Positions 24,966 through 39,198 of a stretch of DNA of 64,000 nucleotides are shown piece by piece. The stretch lies in contig OZ024741.1 in the NCBI GenBank assembly GCA_964016885.1, positions 347,882,001-347,946,000 on the forward strand, read 5' to 3'. Below the pieces are notes generated by a model that worked only from the letters and a program-made list of their open reading frames with translations, was not told the DNA's origin and searched no databases. Position numbers and translations under genes: made by a program. The DNA is from Eledone cirrhosa. Its lineage: Eukaryota. How positions within the stretch are numbered: the first letter of the stretch is position 1; every line of letters begins with the position of its first letter.

Positions 24966-26869
24966 GTCCGATCAATTAATAAATCTCAGCTAACTTTATT
25001 GGATGGGATATTCATTTTAATCTCCAAAAGAGTGTAACCAAATATGACCATCACTGCACCAACCCATTCAACTGTATAATTCATTTAAAATTGTAAATGT
25101 TATTTGACATTGTTTAGAAACACATTATCGTGTCATTTACTCAACGGGAGCTACTAAAATCTCTTTAGTCCATGGGAGTTTGAATTCACTACCTGCAACA
25201 ACACGCGAGATCGACTGTTAAGTTTGTACGGAGTCACAAACACATCAAATCGAAGTCTTTGTTTAATAGTAGAGCTTCAAATCATGTACCGTACGATGGA
25301 ATCTATGACTAAGACTGGTTGTTTCAATAGGAAACATGATTTATTTCTATACAATAGCTAATCTATGACATTTCAATTTCCAGCAGTTTCCAGAGACATT
25401 TCATTGTTATGTCCAAGGTGTAAAATGTATTAGTTTATGCTGTCAACTGCATGTATCATGTTCACGTGGTATGTCAAACGTTCTTATTTTCACCAGATCA
25501 TCAAATCATAGAATGTTTTGAGCCTTGTGAAGAAAACCTTTTCCAGCAAGCATATTGCTTGCTTAGTGTATGTCTGACGTCAAAATCAATGAAAGAGCAA
25601 ATATAACTCAATAAAAGAAAGATATCTGGACGGCGTCCATTTGTAAATATAGGAATAGCACAAAAGTCTGTATCCTTTTCAGACACACGTTGATAATGTT
25701 GTACACATGCACAATAACCTCCATACTAATGCAACATACATTCCAAGAATTTCCGACAATGAAATTCTTTGCGGTGATATTCGCTAATATCCCATGCATC
25801 GGGAACGAACAGGATATAGAGATTTTTGGAGGAATATTTGTAAAGATTCGCCGATGGTTACGGTTATACTTAAGTTCATGTTGAATATTTAGAGATTTTA
25901 TTTTAAATTTAAATTCACCTCCAAATATAAATTATGTTATGCCATCTCTATTTTTTCCCATCTCATATTCTGTCTCCTCATTCCCCGACGGTTTTAGATG
26001 TTATTTTATTTTTATAACAATCATTTCAGCTACATCCCCTTTTATTATTTTTCTTTCATTTTACTTCACTAAATTTTCAAGAAAGACATTTAAAAAATAT
26101 TCCATGTCTTTCTGACTCTTTAGCAATTCATCATTACCAGAATTATTTACTAGAGAAACAAACAAACCAGAGAAAGTTAACTAAACAAACAATGTCTTTG
26201 TTTTCAAAATTTATTTACGACTTTATTTTACTGCTTTTCGGTATTATTATTGTGTTTATAACAGAATTCTTGATTTTTGTTAATGTTATATTTTAATTTT
26301 AATTTTAAATTATAGAGTGGAAGATGTTATCACATAATTAGATATTAGCATTTTTTTATTTCTTAATCGAATCATACTACTGCGACTCTCTTTATAAAAT
26401 TCTTCATATTTTTATTTCTTATATTCCTCTGTTATCAATATCATTTTGTTTTTAGATTATTAACGTTATCTTTATACTTACTAATGATTAGACTTATTTT
26501 ATTTTTGCAGGAATTAAAATTGAACACCCTGGTGAAATGTTATACTATTTCTTCCATTTTCTCATCAATAAAGAATTATACTTTTGTTATTGCAATTTTT
26601 ATTTTGCCACATCTTCTTCTCTTAATATGTATTTCTTTATTTGTGTTATGATACGTCCGCTTAATTCGTCCTTTACTCTTATAGGAAAACAAATTTCACC
26701 AAAAATAAATCATACACAAAAGAAGAAAACCATTGTCATTAGCAAACATAGCTCTATAATTATTGGTTTAACGCATCGTGTAGTTAATCTCTACCATAAA
26801 TCATATTTACAGACTATAGGATACGAAGAGACAAAACAAAAATAAAGGACATATTAACAATATAATGGT

Positions 26870-27060
26870 TTCTGATTTAGACACAAGGCCAACAATAGGA
26901 ATTTCGATTAAATTAAACACAGTGCGTTATTGTTATTTTATTTTATCGACACCCGAAGGATGAATGGTAAAGGTAATCTGAGCATGATTTGAACTTAGAA
27001 TGAAAAGTAACATAGCTATCAACCGAAAACATATACCGATACTGACAATCCGCCAACCTA
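26870..27060 (-). mobile_element. old tRNA-derived SINE copy
   Basis: acaaggcc...ttttatcgacaccc..ggatgaatggtaaagg..gatttgaact..ccgatactgacaatccgcc is a diverged reverse complement of the SINE family. Confidence 0.65.
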
Positions 27061-27129
27061 ATCATAATTCCCCAATAGGGGGAGACTCCCGAGGGACACT
27101 CGTGGAGAAAATCACGAAAGCCACGGTGT

Positions 27130-27830
27130 CCATGACCATTATGGCAAGTGCGCTTTCCCAGTTTTCGCCACTAATCTACAGGTGCATACACAGAACAGGC
27201 CTATTCACTCGGCCTTTGTTGACTTCACTCACGCATCCTTCAAGAAAGTTTGGAAATGTGAGGAAATCCCTCTCAAACATGAATTTTATTTCAAAATAAA
27301 ATTTGAAAACGATAATCAGAGTTTGGCCGTAGAGGTAAGTGCTCATCTTCAGCCTTTTCAAACGTGTCCGCGACACGACACCCTTCATCATAGCAACCGG
27401 GTAGATAAAAACTGCTTGACATTCCCGGCTAAAGGCATCTTCACAATGGACTCAGCTGATAGCCGGATCGTACCTACATGCTACAGCAGGTGTTTGACAT
27501 AAACCCACAGGGCAGCTATCTTCGAACACTCGACGAGAGCGTGAAGGACGGTTTCGTGGCCCTGCACGCAGCTTGGACAGGTCCGGCTAACAGCTCTTCT
27601 ATGTATGCCGGTAGTGTTTATTCCGAACTGAAAAATCTCCTCTGTAGCACTGCTAGGCCAGGTATTTCTAGATGTTCTCTATGGGCCGTGACACGAAAGT
27701 TGTACGGAAGAGATGTATAGTTGAATTTCATCGACGCCCAGAGTCTCCCCAAGGTCGTCGTCGCTTTGTACCTCAGATAAACCTTTACAGGTCGCCAAGC
27801 TGGAATTTCCACCGATCGTAGTGCCCGATT
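27130..27830 (-). pseudogene. Tx1/L1-like LINE ORF2 C-terminal fragment
   Basis: The minus strand reads ...LA*QCYRGDF..VRNKHYRH...RTCPSCVQGHETVLHALVEC, a CCHC zinc knuckle of L1/Tx1 type. The segment is GC-richer than its flanks. Confidence 0.7.
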
Positions 27831-27839
27831 GGATAATGG

Positions 27840-28050
27840 TGGTGAGCGCCTGAAGACGCTGCAACTTTTATACTCACCTCGGCTCTTCTGATTAATGAAT
27901 TACGCTGAAGCGGGAACATTGCTACACCAGCTCCTTCAATTCTTGCATTTAATTTAACCTTCTGCTTTCCATCACTCGTGAACACAGCCTCGAGATACTT
28001 CAACTTCTCTACCTACCTCTGTGTAACTCCATTCTTATGATGATTCAATG
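27840..28050 (-). pseudogene. RTE LINE fragment (RT thumb)
   Basis: VEKLKYLEAVFTSDGKQKVKLNARIEGA resembles F.YLG..FTSDG....EI..RI..A. Confidence 0.65.
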
Positions 28051-28800
28051 TGCATGCTTTTTTTCACCAGCTACTACATTGATTTAATTACGAAGACTAA
28101 ACGACATCCTCACAATAACATAGCTTCAGTGACGTCTGTTATTTTATAGGTGATATCCGAAATGTTATGCAATTCAATGATCTAGGTACCATACTGAATC
28201 AGTCACCAAATCTAACGGCGGTTTATAGAAATATACCAAAAGAATGCGTATAAAAAACCATGCGCTCAGTTTTATTTGATTATAATACGTTGGATTTTTG
28301 TAGATTAGAATTGCTTTATTACATTACCGAATATGTACTCAAATACTTCAACGCAACCTATATTGAAGCATATAAAGAAAATACAAGTACATAGAGATAA
28401 GAATAAGATACTATTGAGAAATGATACATTCAGTCTTATTGAACACCCACTGTGCGTGGTGCTGTATGCTCATACATCCAGAGCTGCAAGGCAGCGTTTG
28501 ATAGACACGGAAAATAGTGAATGTATTTCATCATCAGCTGGTATTTTAATTTCAGGTGATGGCGAAATCAATTTTGTTTTTTGTTTGATATGTTTCGTTC
28601 CTTAAATCCTGATGAGGGGACTTTTAGGTCCCGACTTTTGGACAGACAATAGAAGACAACAACAAAAACAAAACAAACATTACCATGTAACTTACTTTTC
28701 TTTACCTCATTTTACAGTCTATTTTGCATTGTTTAGTCTTCTATCTTTTTCAACGTTATATATAATATACAATGCTTCAAGCAAACCAAACTATAACATT

Positions 28801-28845
<45 letters not shown>

Positions 28846-28875
28846 TTTAGCTTTAAACTATCTCTGTTAATGTAT

Positions 28876-28941
<66 letters not shown>

Positions 28942-29739
28942 TATACGCTAAGATTGAGCGCGCATGTCACAGCTTCGATTAATTTTATTGGAAACAGTAT
29001 ATTCAATAGAGAAATCTAAGGTCTTGCAAATGCCACGTAAGCTATTGTCTAAAAGACCATTTTGCGAATTCTTATGACCTTCAACTGAACTTTTGGTACA
29101 GTATTCTCTTTGCTGACTGCTGAATAATATTTCCTTTAGCACTCAGTTATTAAGCGCAGAAAAAAAATACCGTTGCTGCCTTAGGCATATTTACCTAAAA
29201 GAGTTGATCCGAATTTATTTTTTGTTTTGTCTAGTGTGAAGACTTGTATTATCATTGAACGTGATCGCTCCGTTTCGTGATGTTAATAAGCGAATTGTAA
29301 ATACGAGTAATGAAGATAGTTCCTCATTGGATTTTTGCAGCACGTCTCAATGTGTTCATATACACTGAAGCACAGAAACGCATACTCACGCGTGTGTATA
29401 TGCTTTAGCAACGGAGTGGGGATAAAAATGTAAAGATCATGTTCATCTGTTTTCAGCTTGTTATTTTTCCGAGGGACTGCGGGCACATCTATATATATAG
29501 GAATACATACATAGCCGTAATTGTTCGGAGAATAGGAAGATGTATAATTATGTATTAAATTATTGAAAATTTTAGTTTGAAATGAACGTATGGTTATATG
29601 GTCTGAATTTGAAACCCACTCTGTCGTAGCGAAATTCTTGGATATGTCACATACTCACAACGAGATATAGGTATAAACACTCGCACTCACACATAACCCA
29701 GACACGAACACGGACACACACATACGCACACACACACAT

Positions 29740-29836
<97 letters not shown>

Positions 29837-30577
29837 TATTGAAATTTCCGTTGGAAACAGAAAAAGTCATAGAAGTGAAGAGTGCTCTATGTAAGTATCA
29901 GAGCAAAATTTAATGTATAAAAATCAATACAATATAATTACCTCATTACCAGAGGTTTCCCGAATGAGGCGAATACGAAAGAAACGTCTTCATTCGTTCG
30001 TCAGACGAGGCAATATAAAACATGGGTAAATACTTGGAAAGTCTCATCAAGAAAATCAAAAAAAGATATAGACAAATGAATTAGAAATTGAAATATATAA
30101 AAATCTATCAACAAATATAGTTAGGTGTGTGTATAAGTATGTATATACGCTCACAAATGTGCATACATGTGTATGCACATATGTATACGTATAGTGAAAA
30201 AGTGTGCGTAAATATAAAATTTAGGGCAAATGTATCTGTATGTCTGTAATCTACAGACAGAATAGACACATCATAAGAATATGAATAAGAAGGCGCGCGC
30301 ATAAACACACCCACACACACACGTACACTTAGATGCGGAAGTAAAAGCGGTAAGGGAGTGTAATAATTAAATGAAAGTATCAATCTCGATATATTTATAA
30401 AAATGTAACAATAAATTAGAAAGAAAATTTTTTAGAAAGAAAAAAATATAGAAAAGAAGACAAAAAAGGGTACATGCATACACAGACACGCATATCTCAC
30501 AAAAGAAACGCAAAAATATACATGCTTATATACACACGCACACTTACACATCCATACGTTCGATACGTATATATATA

Positions 30578-30958
30578 TATATAAAGAAAAAGAGATGAAA
30601 TCGAAAATGCAACTGGAGTCTTATTTTTTTTTTTAAATATATATATTTATTTGGTTCCTTTACCGGTTTCGCAGTTCTTCTTTACCGGTTTCGCAGTTCT
30701 TCTGCTTTTCAAAAGGTGAGTTGAGATGGAGGGTCTGTGGTTTTTCTCACATGATGTGAGAAAAACCACACACCCTCCATCTCAACTCACCTTTTGAAAA
30801 GCAGAAGAACTGCGAAACCGGTAAAGGAACCAAATAAATATATATATTTAAAAAAAAAATAAGACTCCAGTTGCATTTTCGATTTCATCTCTTTTTCTCT
30901 ATACTTTCACTCGTGTAGGACACCTCGGTTATTTTTCATTTTGTAAAAAAAACCTCAC

Positions 30959-30965
<7 letters not shown>
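30578..30965. mobile_element. young near-perfect fold-back element with variant hammerheads (TTGAAAA core)
   Basis: Palindrome centred at ~30753 (tctcacat-g-atgtgaga) with ~150-bp arms and a 21-bp duplication in the left arm. The + arm at 30790-30826 reads cctt-TTGAAAA-gcag-aagaa-ctgc-GAAA-ccgg-TA-aagg. Confidence 0.85.
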
Positions 30966-31014
<49 letters not shown>

Positions 31015-31018
<4 letters not shown>

Positions 31019-31295
31019 AGGGTCATATTGTGTAATAATATTGCCAGAATTAATAACAGAACACAATCACTGTTTGATAGGTTTTCACTTCTGTATCTTT
31101 TATATCAGTTAATTCATTCCTTCCTCAATGTTATCATTGACTGACCAACGGTTAAAAGTACAGATATAATATAGACACAAACTCATATATATAGTCTAAC
31201 CAAGTTCTTTCGTTGCACATCTGCAGCATCGTCAGTGGTGCTATTATGTTTCCTCCTGTTGTATTGTATGTTTACGCCATCTTTATTTAATCTGT

Positions 31296-31326
<31 letters not shown>

Positions 31327-32480
31327 TTTTTGTCTTCTCTGCGCATGCGTTTGCGTGTGTGTATAGTGTTTGATATGTGTTCGCGTTTGGGTGACTGTGT
31401 TTTGGTTATTGTAGTCTATCTTAGTTTACTAGTGTGTGTTTATGTGTCTGTTTTTATTGTGCTTGTGTATATATTTATTCATTTATTTACATTTCTCCTA
31501 GGTCAGTATTGTTTGTTTGGGTGTTGTTGTTATTCCATTCATTTTTTTCTGTTTAGCTTTGGCCTTCTAAGTTCTATTTCACTGGCCTCTCTGATTTTCT
31601 GGGTCATTTCTATGTTTAGATATTTATTTTAATTTCTATGTTGTCTATGTTACCGGCATGTTGTTGTCTGGCGTGTTCGTATATTACTGAACCGTTTTTT
31701 CGTCCTTTTAGTTTCCCCCAGTGTTGATCTATCCTTTCACCTATGTTACGAGCTGTCCCGCCTATGTATGTTGTTGTCATGTTTCTGCAAGTACACTCTG
31801 TACATCTTATGCTATAGACTACGTTTCTAGTTTTACAGTTTATCCGGGGCTTTACTTTGTATATAATACATTTCCTATTAGTACAGTGGGTTTTCTTAAA
31901 AGGGTATGTTTTGCTGATCAGGGATTTTATGGTGGTTCCTGTCTTTTCTACCACCTTAATCTTTAAGTAGGTCTTTGTCAGGTCCTTTCTACACTGGTTA
32001 GCTAATTTCCCTCCAGGGGTAGCGTCCAGGAACATGACACTCTGGTATCTCTGGTTGTCGCACCATAAGATGGCTTTCCCTATCTTATGTTTAGTCCTAT
32101 CTAAGCTATTCCATGATTTGCTCCTGTATAATGGGCAAATTCCTTTCATGTCCAGTTCTATGAGGGTCTTATACTTCTCCGTGGCTCCTTCGTATACTCT
32201 GATTCTGTCACATGGGTTGTAGCCAGAGAACTTCATGCGGTTGATGATGTGTTATATGTGTCTTTCCATTTCTGTTGGGTCGCACATGCGGGACACGTTC
32301 TTCATCACTCGTACCAAGTCTGCGGTCAGAATTTAAATTTAGCACTGCTGGACATTGCTGAGTTTTTGAGTATCAGGTATTTGGAGGCCATAGGTTTCGC
32401 GTAGTGTGAGTGGAGAATTTGGCACTCTCGTCTATAGTGTTAATCCAGAGTTTCGTGTCTAATACAGGTAGTCTGTGGTT
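31015..32480 (-). mobile_element. 5'-truncated Penelope-like element B (RT C-terminus plus GIY-YIG), decayed
   Basis: ORF 31616..32236 reads SGY...PLYRSKSW...TPGGKLA...CKTRNVVYSIRCTEC...YIGGTARNIGERIDQH...HARQQH. HYAKPMASKYL occurs upstream. A degenerate HHR (acca-CTGACGA-tgctgca..tgcaac-GAAA) lies at 31198-31240 in the 3' region. Confidence 0.85.
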
Positions 32481-32594
32481 ATATATATATATATATATAT
32501 ATATATACGTAGGTCCCGAGTTGAGTCGGGGATAACCACAGTAAGTAAGGTACTCAATACATGGCAGAGTAAATTTTTTTTATTTTATAGTAGG

Positions 32595-32645
32595 AGCTTC
32601 TACAGGACTAGTACTGTTTCATTCAGATGAAATCTTCAGGAAGCT
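32595..32645 (-). ncRNA. type I hammerhead in the 3' pLTR of PLE A
   Basis: agcttc-CTGAAGA-tttcatctgaat-GAAA-cag-tactagtc-ctg-TA-gaagct. Confidence 0.8.
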
Positions 32646-33158
32646 GGGTGTCATATTAAGTTCTGGTATTTATACATTTAGGTAGTGGTAAAGGAGGGGT
32701 GGTGGCTGGGAGGGGGATTGTTTGGGGTAGGTGGTATTTAGATACACAGGACCACAACATGGCACAGGCCGTTTTTACTTTGGGGTGTGGTCAATTAGCC
32801 AGAGTGCTTTTTTGAAATAAATAAATAAGTAAATAAATAAATAAATGAATAAATAAATGAATAAATAAATAAAGAAAATAAATTAAAAAATTAATAAATA
32901 AAAACCCCAAGAATAGTAATTCAACAGATATATAGTAGGGAAATTTTTTTAGGTGGGTTGGTAATAGAAATTAAACATTAAACAAGACCGAATCATGGCA
33001 CAGACTGAGGTGAGTGGTCAAGTTAACATACAAGCCACAGGTGGCCAGAGTGTTTTTGTAGAATGGAAAGAATAAAATATATTTACATACTCACAACCAC
33101 ATACAAAAACACTTACACACACATATATATATATATCTACATATAAAAACGTGCGCAT

Positions 33159-33239
<81 letters not shown>

Positions 33240-33400
33240 CACACCTACATGTATGTATGTCTCTCGGTATAAACTATACTATACATACACATACATACAT
33301 ATGCACACACATACATACACATACATACACACACACACACAAACACATACATTCACACATATATACATATATACATATACACACACACATACATATATAA

Positions 33401-33487
<87 letters not shown>

Positions 33488-36231
33488 CACACACATACAC
33501 ATATACAAGCACACACGCATACATACACATACATACATACATACAAATAAGTACACATAAACGCATAGCACAAACACGCACTCGTTCGCACTCATATATG
33601 TGTCTATAATATAATGGTAGTGGGACAAATTTTAAATTTTAAATTTTAAATTTTAAACTGGGCCTGATAGAGGATTAAAATAATTAATATCACTACTAAG
33701 TTATTAATATTATCATCAAGTAATTAATTACTATTTATTATTTACTATTTATCATTCACTATTCGTTACCTATCTTTTATCTTTTATCTATTCATTACCT
33801 AATCACTCACTCATAAATAAATAAATAAAATAATGAGTTAACTAACAAACAAACAGACAAACAGATAAACAAATAAACCTGTAAATAAGTAAATAAATAA
33901 ATAAATAAATAAATAAATAGATAAATAAATAAATAAGTAAATAAACAACTAAATAAATAAATAAATAAATTTAAAAAAATAAAAAAAAAAATAAAAAAAT
34001 TAAATATACAGATAAATAGATAAATAAATCACGAACGTGTGCGTGCAGCAGTTCATAACTGCACGTATGCAAACATGAGCAGGTATATACGTGAATTTGT
34101 GAGTGCGGCCACAGAACTTTACTCAGAGGCATACAACACGATATATAAGACCTGGAAGGGAGGAAAGAATGTAATAATGAGAGATAGAGGGGAGGAAAGA
34201 GGGTAATAATGAGAGATGGAGGGACGGAATTGGGATGGGGGACGGGGGTGGGGTGGTGATATGGGGGGCGGGATCAGTCGGGGGGCCGGGGGGTCAGTAG
34301 TTTTTGTAATTTGCATAGTTCTTGTGCATGCAATTAGGGGAGTGTTCCGAGATCTTGTTGAGGAGAGGGCCTTTGACGAATAGAATCTCATAGCTCTCGG
34401 AGATACAGAGGTCACAGCAATTATGGCCTCCCGTGTAGGATCGCGCTCTCTGGAGTAGTCTCCATTGAGTCTTGAAGGGGATGGAGTTCCTTTTAAGGTG
34501 CCAGATGTGGGCGGCGAGTGTAGTTTGGTTAGATATGTCCTGGCGCCGGAACGAATGTGTGTGGGCGTACCAGCGAGTCTTAAAACTATTAGAAGTCATC
34601 CCGATGTACGAGTTTCTTTTTTCATCGGGGCCTGAGAGTACATCGCATATATAGACGAGATCTGTTTTTAGACAGTTGTTGTTGAGAGGGCAGGTCGTCT
34701 TATCAGGGCAATTGCTGTTGCTATCGGTTGCTGGATGGGCTTCGGAAAAAGTAGACTTATTTAGCTTCTTGATGTTATTGTTGGCTAATTTCCTAGCTAG
34801 ATTAGGTGTGGTAGAGTAAGAGAGTCTAATGGTATTCTTATTAAGGATAGTATAGTACCTATGTTGGGTGGGGAAGTGTTTTTGTAAGAGAGTGAAGAAA
34901 ATTTTAGCTACAGGTGTTGAAACTTCGCGGTTGAAGGGGGGGGGGGGGGTGTACCAGCTAATGTGCCTTCGCCTATTCTTCCTGGGTGGGCGTGGGGCTA
35001 TACTAAGGTAGGTGATCTTATCTCTAAAGCCGCTGCGGGCCAGGGCCTCGTTGTAATAGGGGGCTGCTGCTCTAAAGATATCTTAATTGGCGGCGAGGCT
35101 AGATATCCTAAAGGAGACACTTTTTACTAGGTTGTCTAATATATTTTTGGGGTGGTTAGAATTAACGTCTATATATCTAAGAGATTCATTAGGTTTGTGG
35201 TACGGGTAGTAAACGGAAGTTTCTAAGTCGAGGGTAACGTCTAGGAAATTAGCTTTAGTTAGTTCGAATCTAAGGTAATCCTAAGGCCTAAGTTTTTAAA
35301 GAAGGTGTAAAGGTTTTTCCTGAACCCATCCGTGGTCCTGGGGTTGATTTTGTGGAGGGCAAAGAGGCCGTCATCTCGGTGGAGACCGCCGGAGAGGCCT
35401 GTGAAGAGGGTCTTCAACCTGTGGAGGATGAACAGACCCACAAGGTCACTAATATCAGCTGAGTCGCTAGCACCCATGATAACGTCGAAGGGGGTCTCAG
35501 ATTTTTTGTTGATCCAGTGGGATCTGTCATGGTAAAGAAAAGTCTTACGTGCATGGAGGATCACATCCTGCTCGGCTTAGGTAATTGTGGTTAAGTTCCT
35601 GGCGAAGTTAATCGCGTCAATCAGCAGGCTCTCTGATATGGATGCGTAGTAATCCTCGATGTCTAGCTGCAGGAAGCGGGTGTTGCTTTTGTCGGGCAAG
35701 TCCCGGAACCATGTGATTGCCTCTGATGTCCTATTCAAGAGTGGGAGAGATGAGGCAGCACGTAGTCTAGGTAGAATCCTGTCCAGGATCTTCTTACTGA
35801 CTGATCCTATGTCAGACTTGGTCGGGTTAATCAGCCGGACCGACGGTTTATTGTCGAAGTTGTTCTTGTGGTCTGTTAGGGTGAAGTGTGGGGACTTTAC
35901 CCTCAGAGGTCCTGTCCGGTCTTCCAGTTTAAGGGAAGTGGCGATCTTCTTTCCGGCTATGTTTGTTTCAGTCAAAGTAGTGTCATCAACTTTTTTGTAC
36001 TTTGCTATCATGGCATTATCAGCAAGCTTGTTGTATGTGTCGGGAATAACCGCATAAGTGTTTTTAGTTTTGTCTGAAGGGACGTGGAGGTACGGGGAAC
36101 TTTTCATTTTCAGAAGTTTCTCCTTTAAGTCCGTTTGGAAAGGTATGTTGACTTTCCTGAATTTAATATTTTTTATCATTTGAAGAGGTCTTCTTCAAAT
36201 GGTTCAAGTAGGCTGTTGGTGGGTGGAGCCT

Positions 36232-36315
<84 letters not shown>

Positions 36316-36849
36316 TGTGTGTGTGTGTGTATGTGTAGGTATGCACATATATATATGTATATATATATATATATATGTGTGTGTGTAAGTGTTTTTGTAT
36401 GTGGTTGTGAGTATGTAAATATATTTTATTCTTTCCATTCTACAAAAACACTCTGGCCACCTGTGGCTTGTATGTTAACTTGACCACTCACCTCAGTCTG
36501 TGCCATGATTCGGTCTTGTTTAATGTTTAATTTCTATTACTAACCCACCTAAAAAAATGTCCCTACTATATATCTGTTGAATTACTATTCTTGGGGTTTT
36601 TATTTATTTATTTCTTTATTTATTTTCTTTATTTCTTTATTCATTTATCTATTTATTCATTTATTTATTTATTTACTTATTTATTTATTTCAAAAAAGCA
36701 CTCTGGCTAATTGACCACTCCCCAAAGAAAAAACGGCCTGTGCCATGTTGTGGTCCTGTGTATCTAAATACCATCCTACTCCCCCTCAGCCACCACCCCT
36801 CCCTTACCACTACCTAAATGTATAAATACCAGAACTTAATATGACACCC

Positions 36850-36900
36850 AGCTTACTGAAGATTTCATCTGAATGAAACAGTACTAGTCCTGTAGAAGCT
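36850..36900 (+). ncRNA. type I hammerhead in the inverted pLTR of PLE A
   Basis: agctta-CTGAAGA-tttcatctgaat-GAAA-cag-tactagtc-ctg-TA-gaagct, with one stem I mismatch. Confidence 0.75.
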
Positions 36901-36908
36901 CCTTCTAT

Positions 36909-36992
<84 letters not shown>

Positions 36993-36997
36993 TATAT

Positions 36998-37289
<292 letters not shown>

Positions 37290-37919
37290 AAGTTGCATCG
37301 TTGCATGTAGTAACGTTACTATATGTGTCGAATATTCATAACCCTACGCACCAAATATGAAAGACACCTTCTCTGGGTTACGTAGATATACGTGATGTGG
37401 GTATATCATTCAATGACAACCACAATCTGATGCGGTAAAAATAAGTTATTAAAGCGATAAAAAAATGTTACATATAGAATATAAATGAAATGAAAAAATA
37501 AATAGGAATTGCAGTTACATTAAAAAAAGGTGAAGTATACACACACGCAAACAACCTCAAACAGACCCTCACACAGAGATATATGTTTGTATATATTTAT
37601 ATCTAGTTGTATATACATATATACATAAGTATATGTATCCGAATACATAACAACGTTAAGTGTTGTCCACATAGAAAACATTAAACGGTGTCAAGGTAAA
37701 ATTGCTTTGTATAGAAAAAAACCCATCCAATATATGTATGTATCTATGGTACCGTAACAACTGATAGAGTCGTAGTGGCGCCGTATCGACATACGGATTT
37801 TCTTGGTCATTTAAAACCTGGCAGAGCCTTTCCATCTCTAGGCCAGAGTACAGCATATTTCTTCGAGAGAAAGATATAAAGTGAGAGGGAGGAAATGAGA
37901 AAGAGGTACAGAAGAGGAA

Positions 37920-38065
37920 TGGACCCCAGTATTAGACTGCTACTTTTGTATCGATCTCGAAACGCTGAAAGGCAAAGTTGACTTCAGCAGGAATCGAATT
38001 CCGAGAGGAGAGAACATAAAGTATTCTATCTGACATTCTAGCGACTCTGCCAATTCGCCGCCTAA
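37920..38065 (-). mobile_element. old SINE copy
   Basis: ccccagtattagactgctacttt..tatcgatc..gaaaggcaaagttgac..gactctgccaattcgcc resembles the SINE reverse complement. Confidence 0.55.
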
Positions 38066-38099
38066 TTTCATGTATAGAGAAGACAAATAACATTTTATA

Positions 38100-38870
38100 C
38101 ACTTTTATGCACTGTGGGTTGTTTGAGATCGAATGATAGAAGGCTGAAATTTAGGACGATAAGTTCGTCAATCTCGTCTCTAAAGCAGCTGACGCCTTTG
38201 GAAAATTAAATCATTTTGTACGCGGTGTCAGATGTATACCTATGAAAATGAAAGTTATAGTTTATCATGCAGTGGTATTGAAATAATTCTTATACGACTC
38301 GGGTTGTGGACAATCTATCGCACCCATATTAATAAGCTATCTTCGCGCTATCTGTGGTTATGCACTTTCTGACAAAATGTTCATTGCCGATCTTTTCACG
38401 AGGTAAAACATCGGTGGAATTGTATCGTTTCGGATGCAATACCAACACAAATGGTCTGGCCATGTCCTAGGTGCCTTAGGACCGCAAACCCAAGGTACTC
38501 TTATCCAATCAAATTCCCAATGGTTCATATAATGTAGGCAAACCATTAGCCATACATAAAGACAAACTGAATTATAATTTTAAGTCTATGAACATACATC
38601 TTCCTTCTTCTGAGCCTCTCGCAGTTGATCGTGGAAAATGTAGGACTGGCTGACATGTAGATATAAAACACTTTGTAAAATCTCCTCTGGTCCATCTTTG
38701 TGATCTAAGATATAACTCTAACATCCTACGAAAGGAGATAAGGGTAGCTGTGTGTCAGTCGCCTATTGTTAATTTCACGAACAGCTTATTCAGTTTCTCG
38801 GATCAACTGGAACACATTTGGTTGCAACAGACGGAGTGCCAGTTTTATATGTTTTATATACATGTATACG
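38100..38870 (+). pseudogene. highly decayed RTE-like LINE 3' fragment
   Basis: Fragments RLVSKAADAFGKL...KMKVIVYHAVVLK.ILIR and KWSGHVLG resemble the RTE C-terminal region. Many stops. Confidence 0.55.
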
Positions 38871-38990
38871 AGCACAAACTCGCTATTTTACTGATGGCAT
38901 ACATGTCTTCTATCATATATGTAAGCATATCGTGATATAAAAACATAGGTAAGGAAGAATCAACAAGATATTTTCATTTTAAAGTGAATT

Positions 38991-39198
<208 letters not shown>

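Larger units (their letters stand above)
32508..36906 (-). mobile_element. Penelope-like element A, 5'-truncated, with inverted pLTR copy at its 5' end
   Basis: RT fragments in ORFs 35577..36179 (VPSDKT..SVRLINPTKSDIG..QLDIEDYY) and 35259..35564 (FDVIMGA..LHRDDGL). GIY-YIG at ~34294-34720 (CPLNNNC..LVY..YIGMTSNSFKTRWYAH..CDLCISE..LLNK). 32592-33140 is the reverse complement of ~36360-36903. Both ends abut (TA)n. Confidence 0.93.

Noticed and set aside
26480-26560. Strong-looking splice acceptor (tactaat...ttttgcag|GA) suggesting a host exon
   Set aside because: There is no recognisable coding sequence or convincing donor downstream, so it cannot be supported without RNA data.
28605-28640. 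CTGATGA-ggggac-ttttag-gtccc-GA hammerhead half
   Set aside because: GAAA is not completed (GACT) and no convincing stems I or III were found, so it is at most a remnant.
35565-35580. In-frame stop between RT ORFs of PLE A as possible selenocysteine or readthrough recoding
   Set aside because: The stop is TAA, not TGA, and the element has other disabling lesions, so this is ordinary decay.
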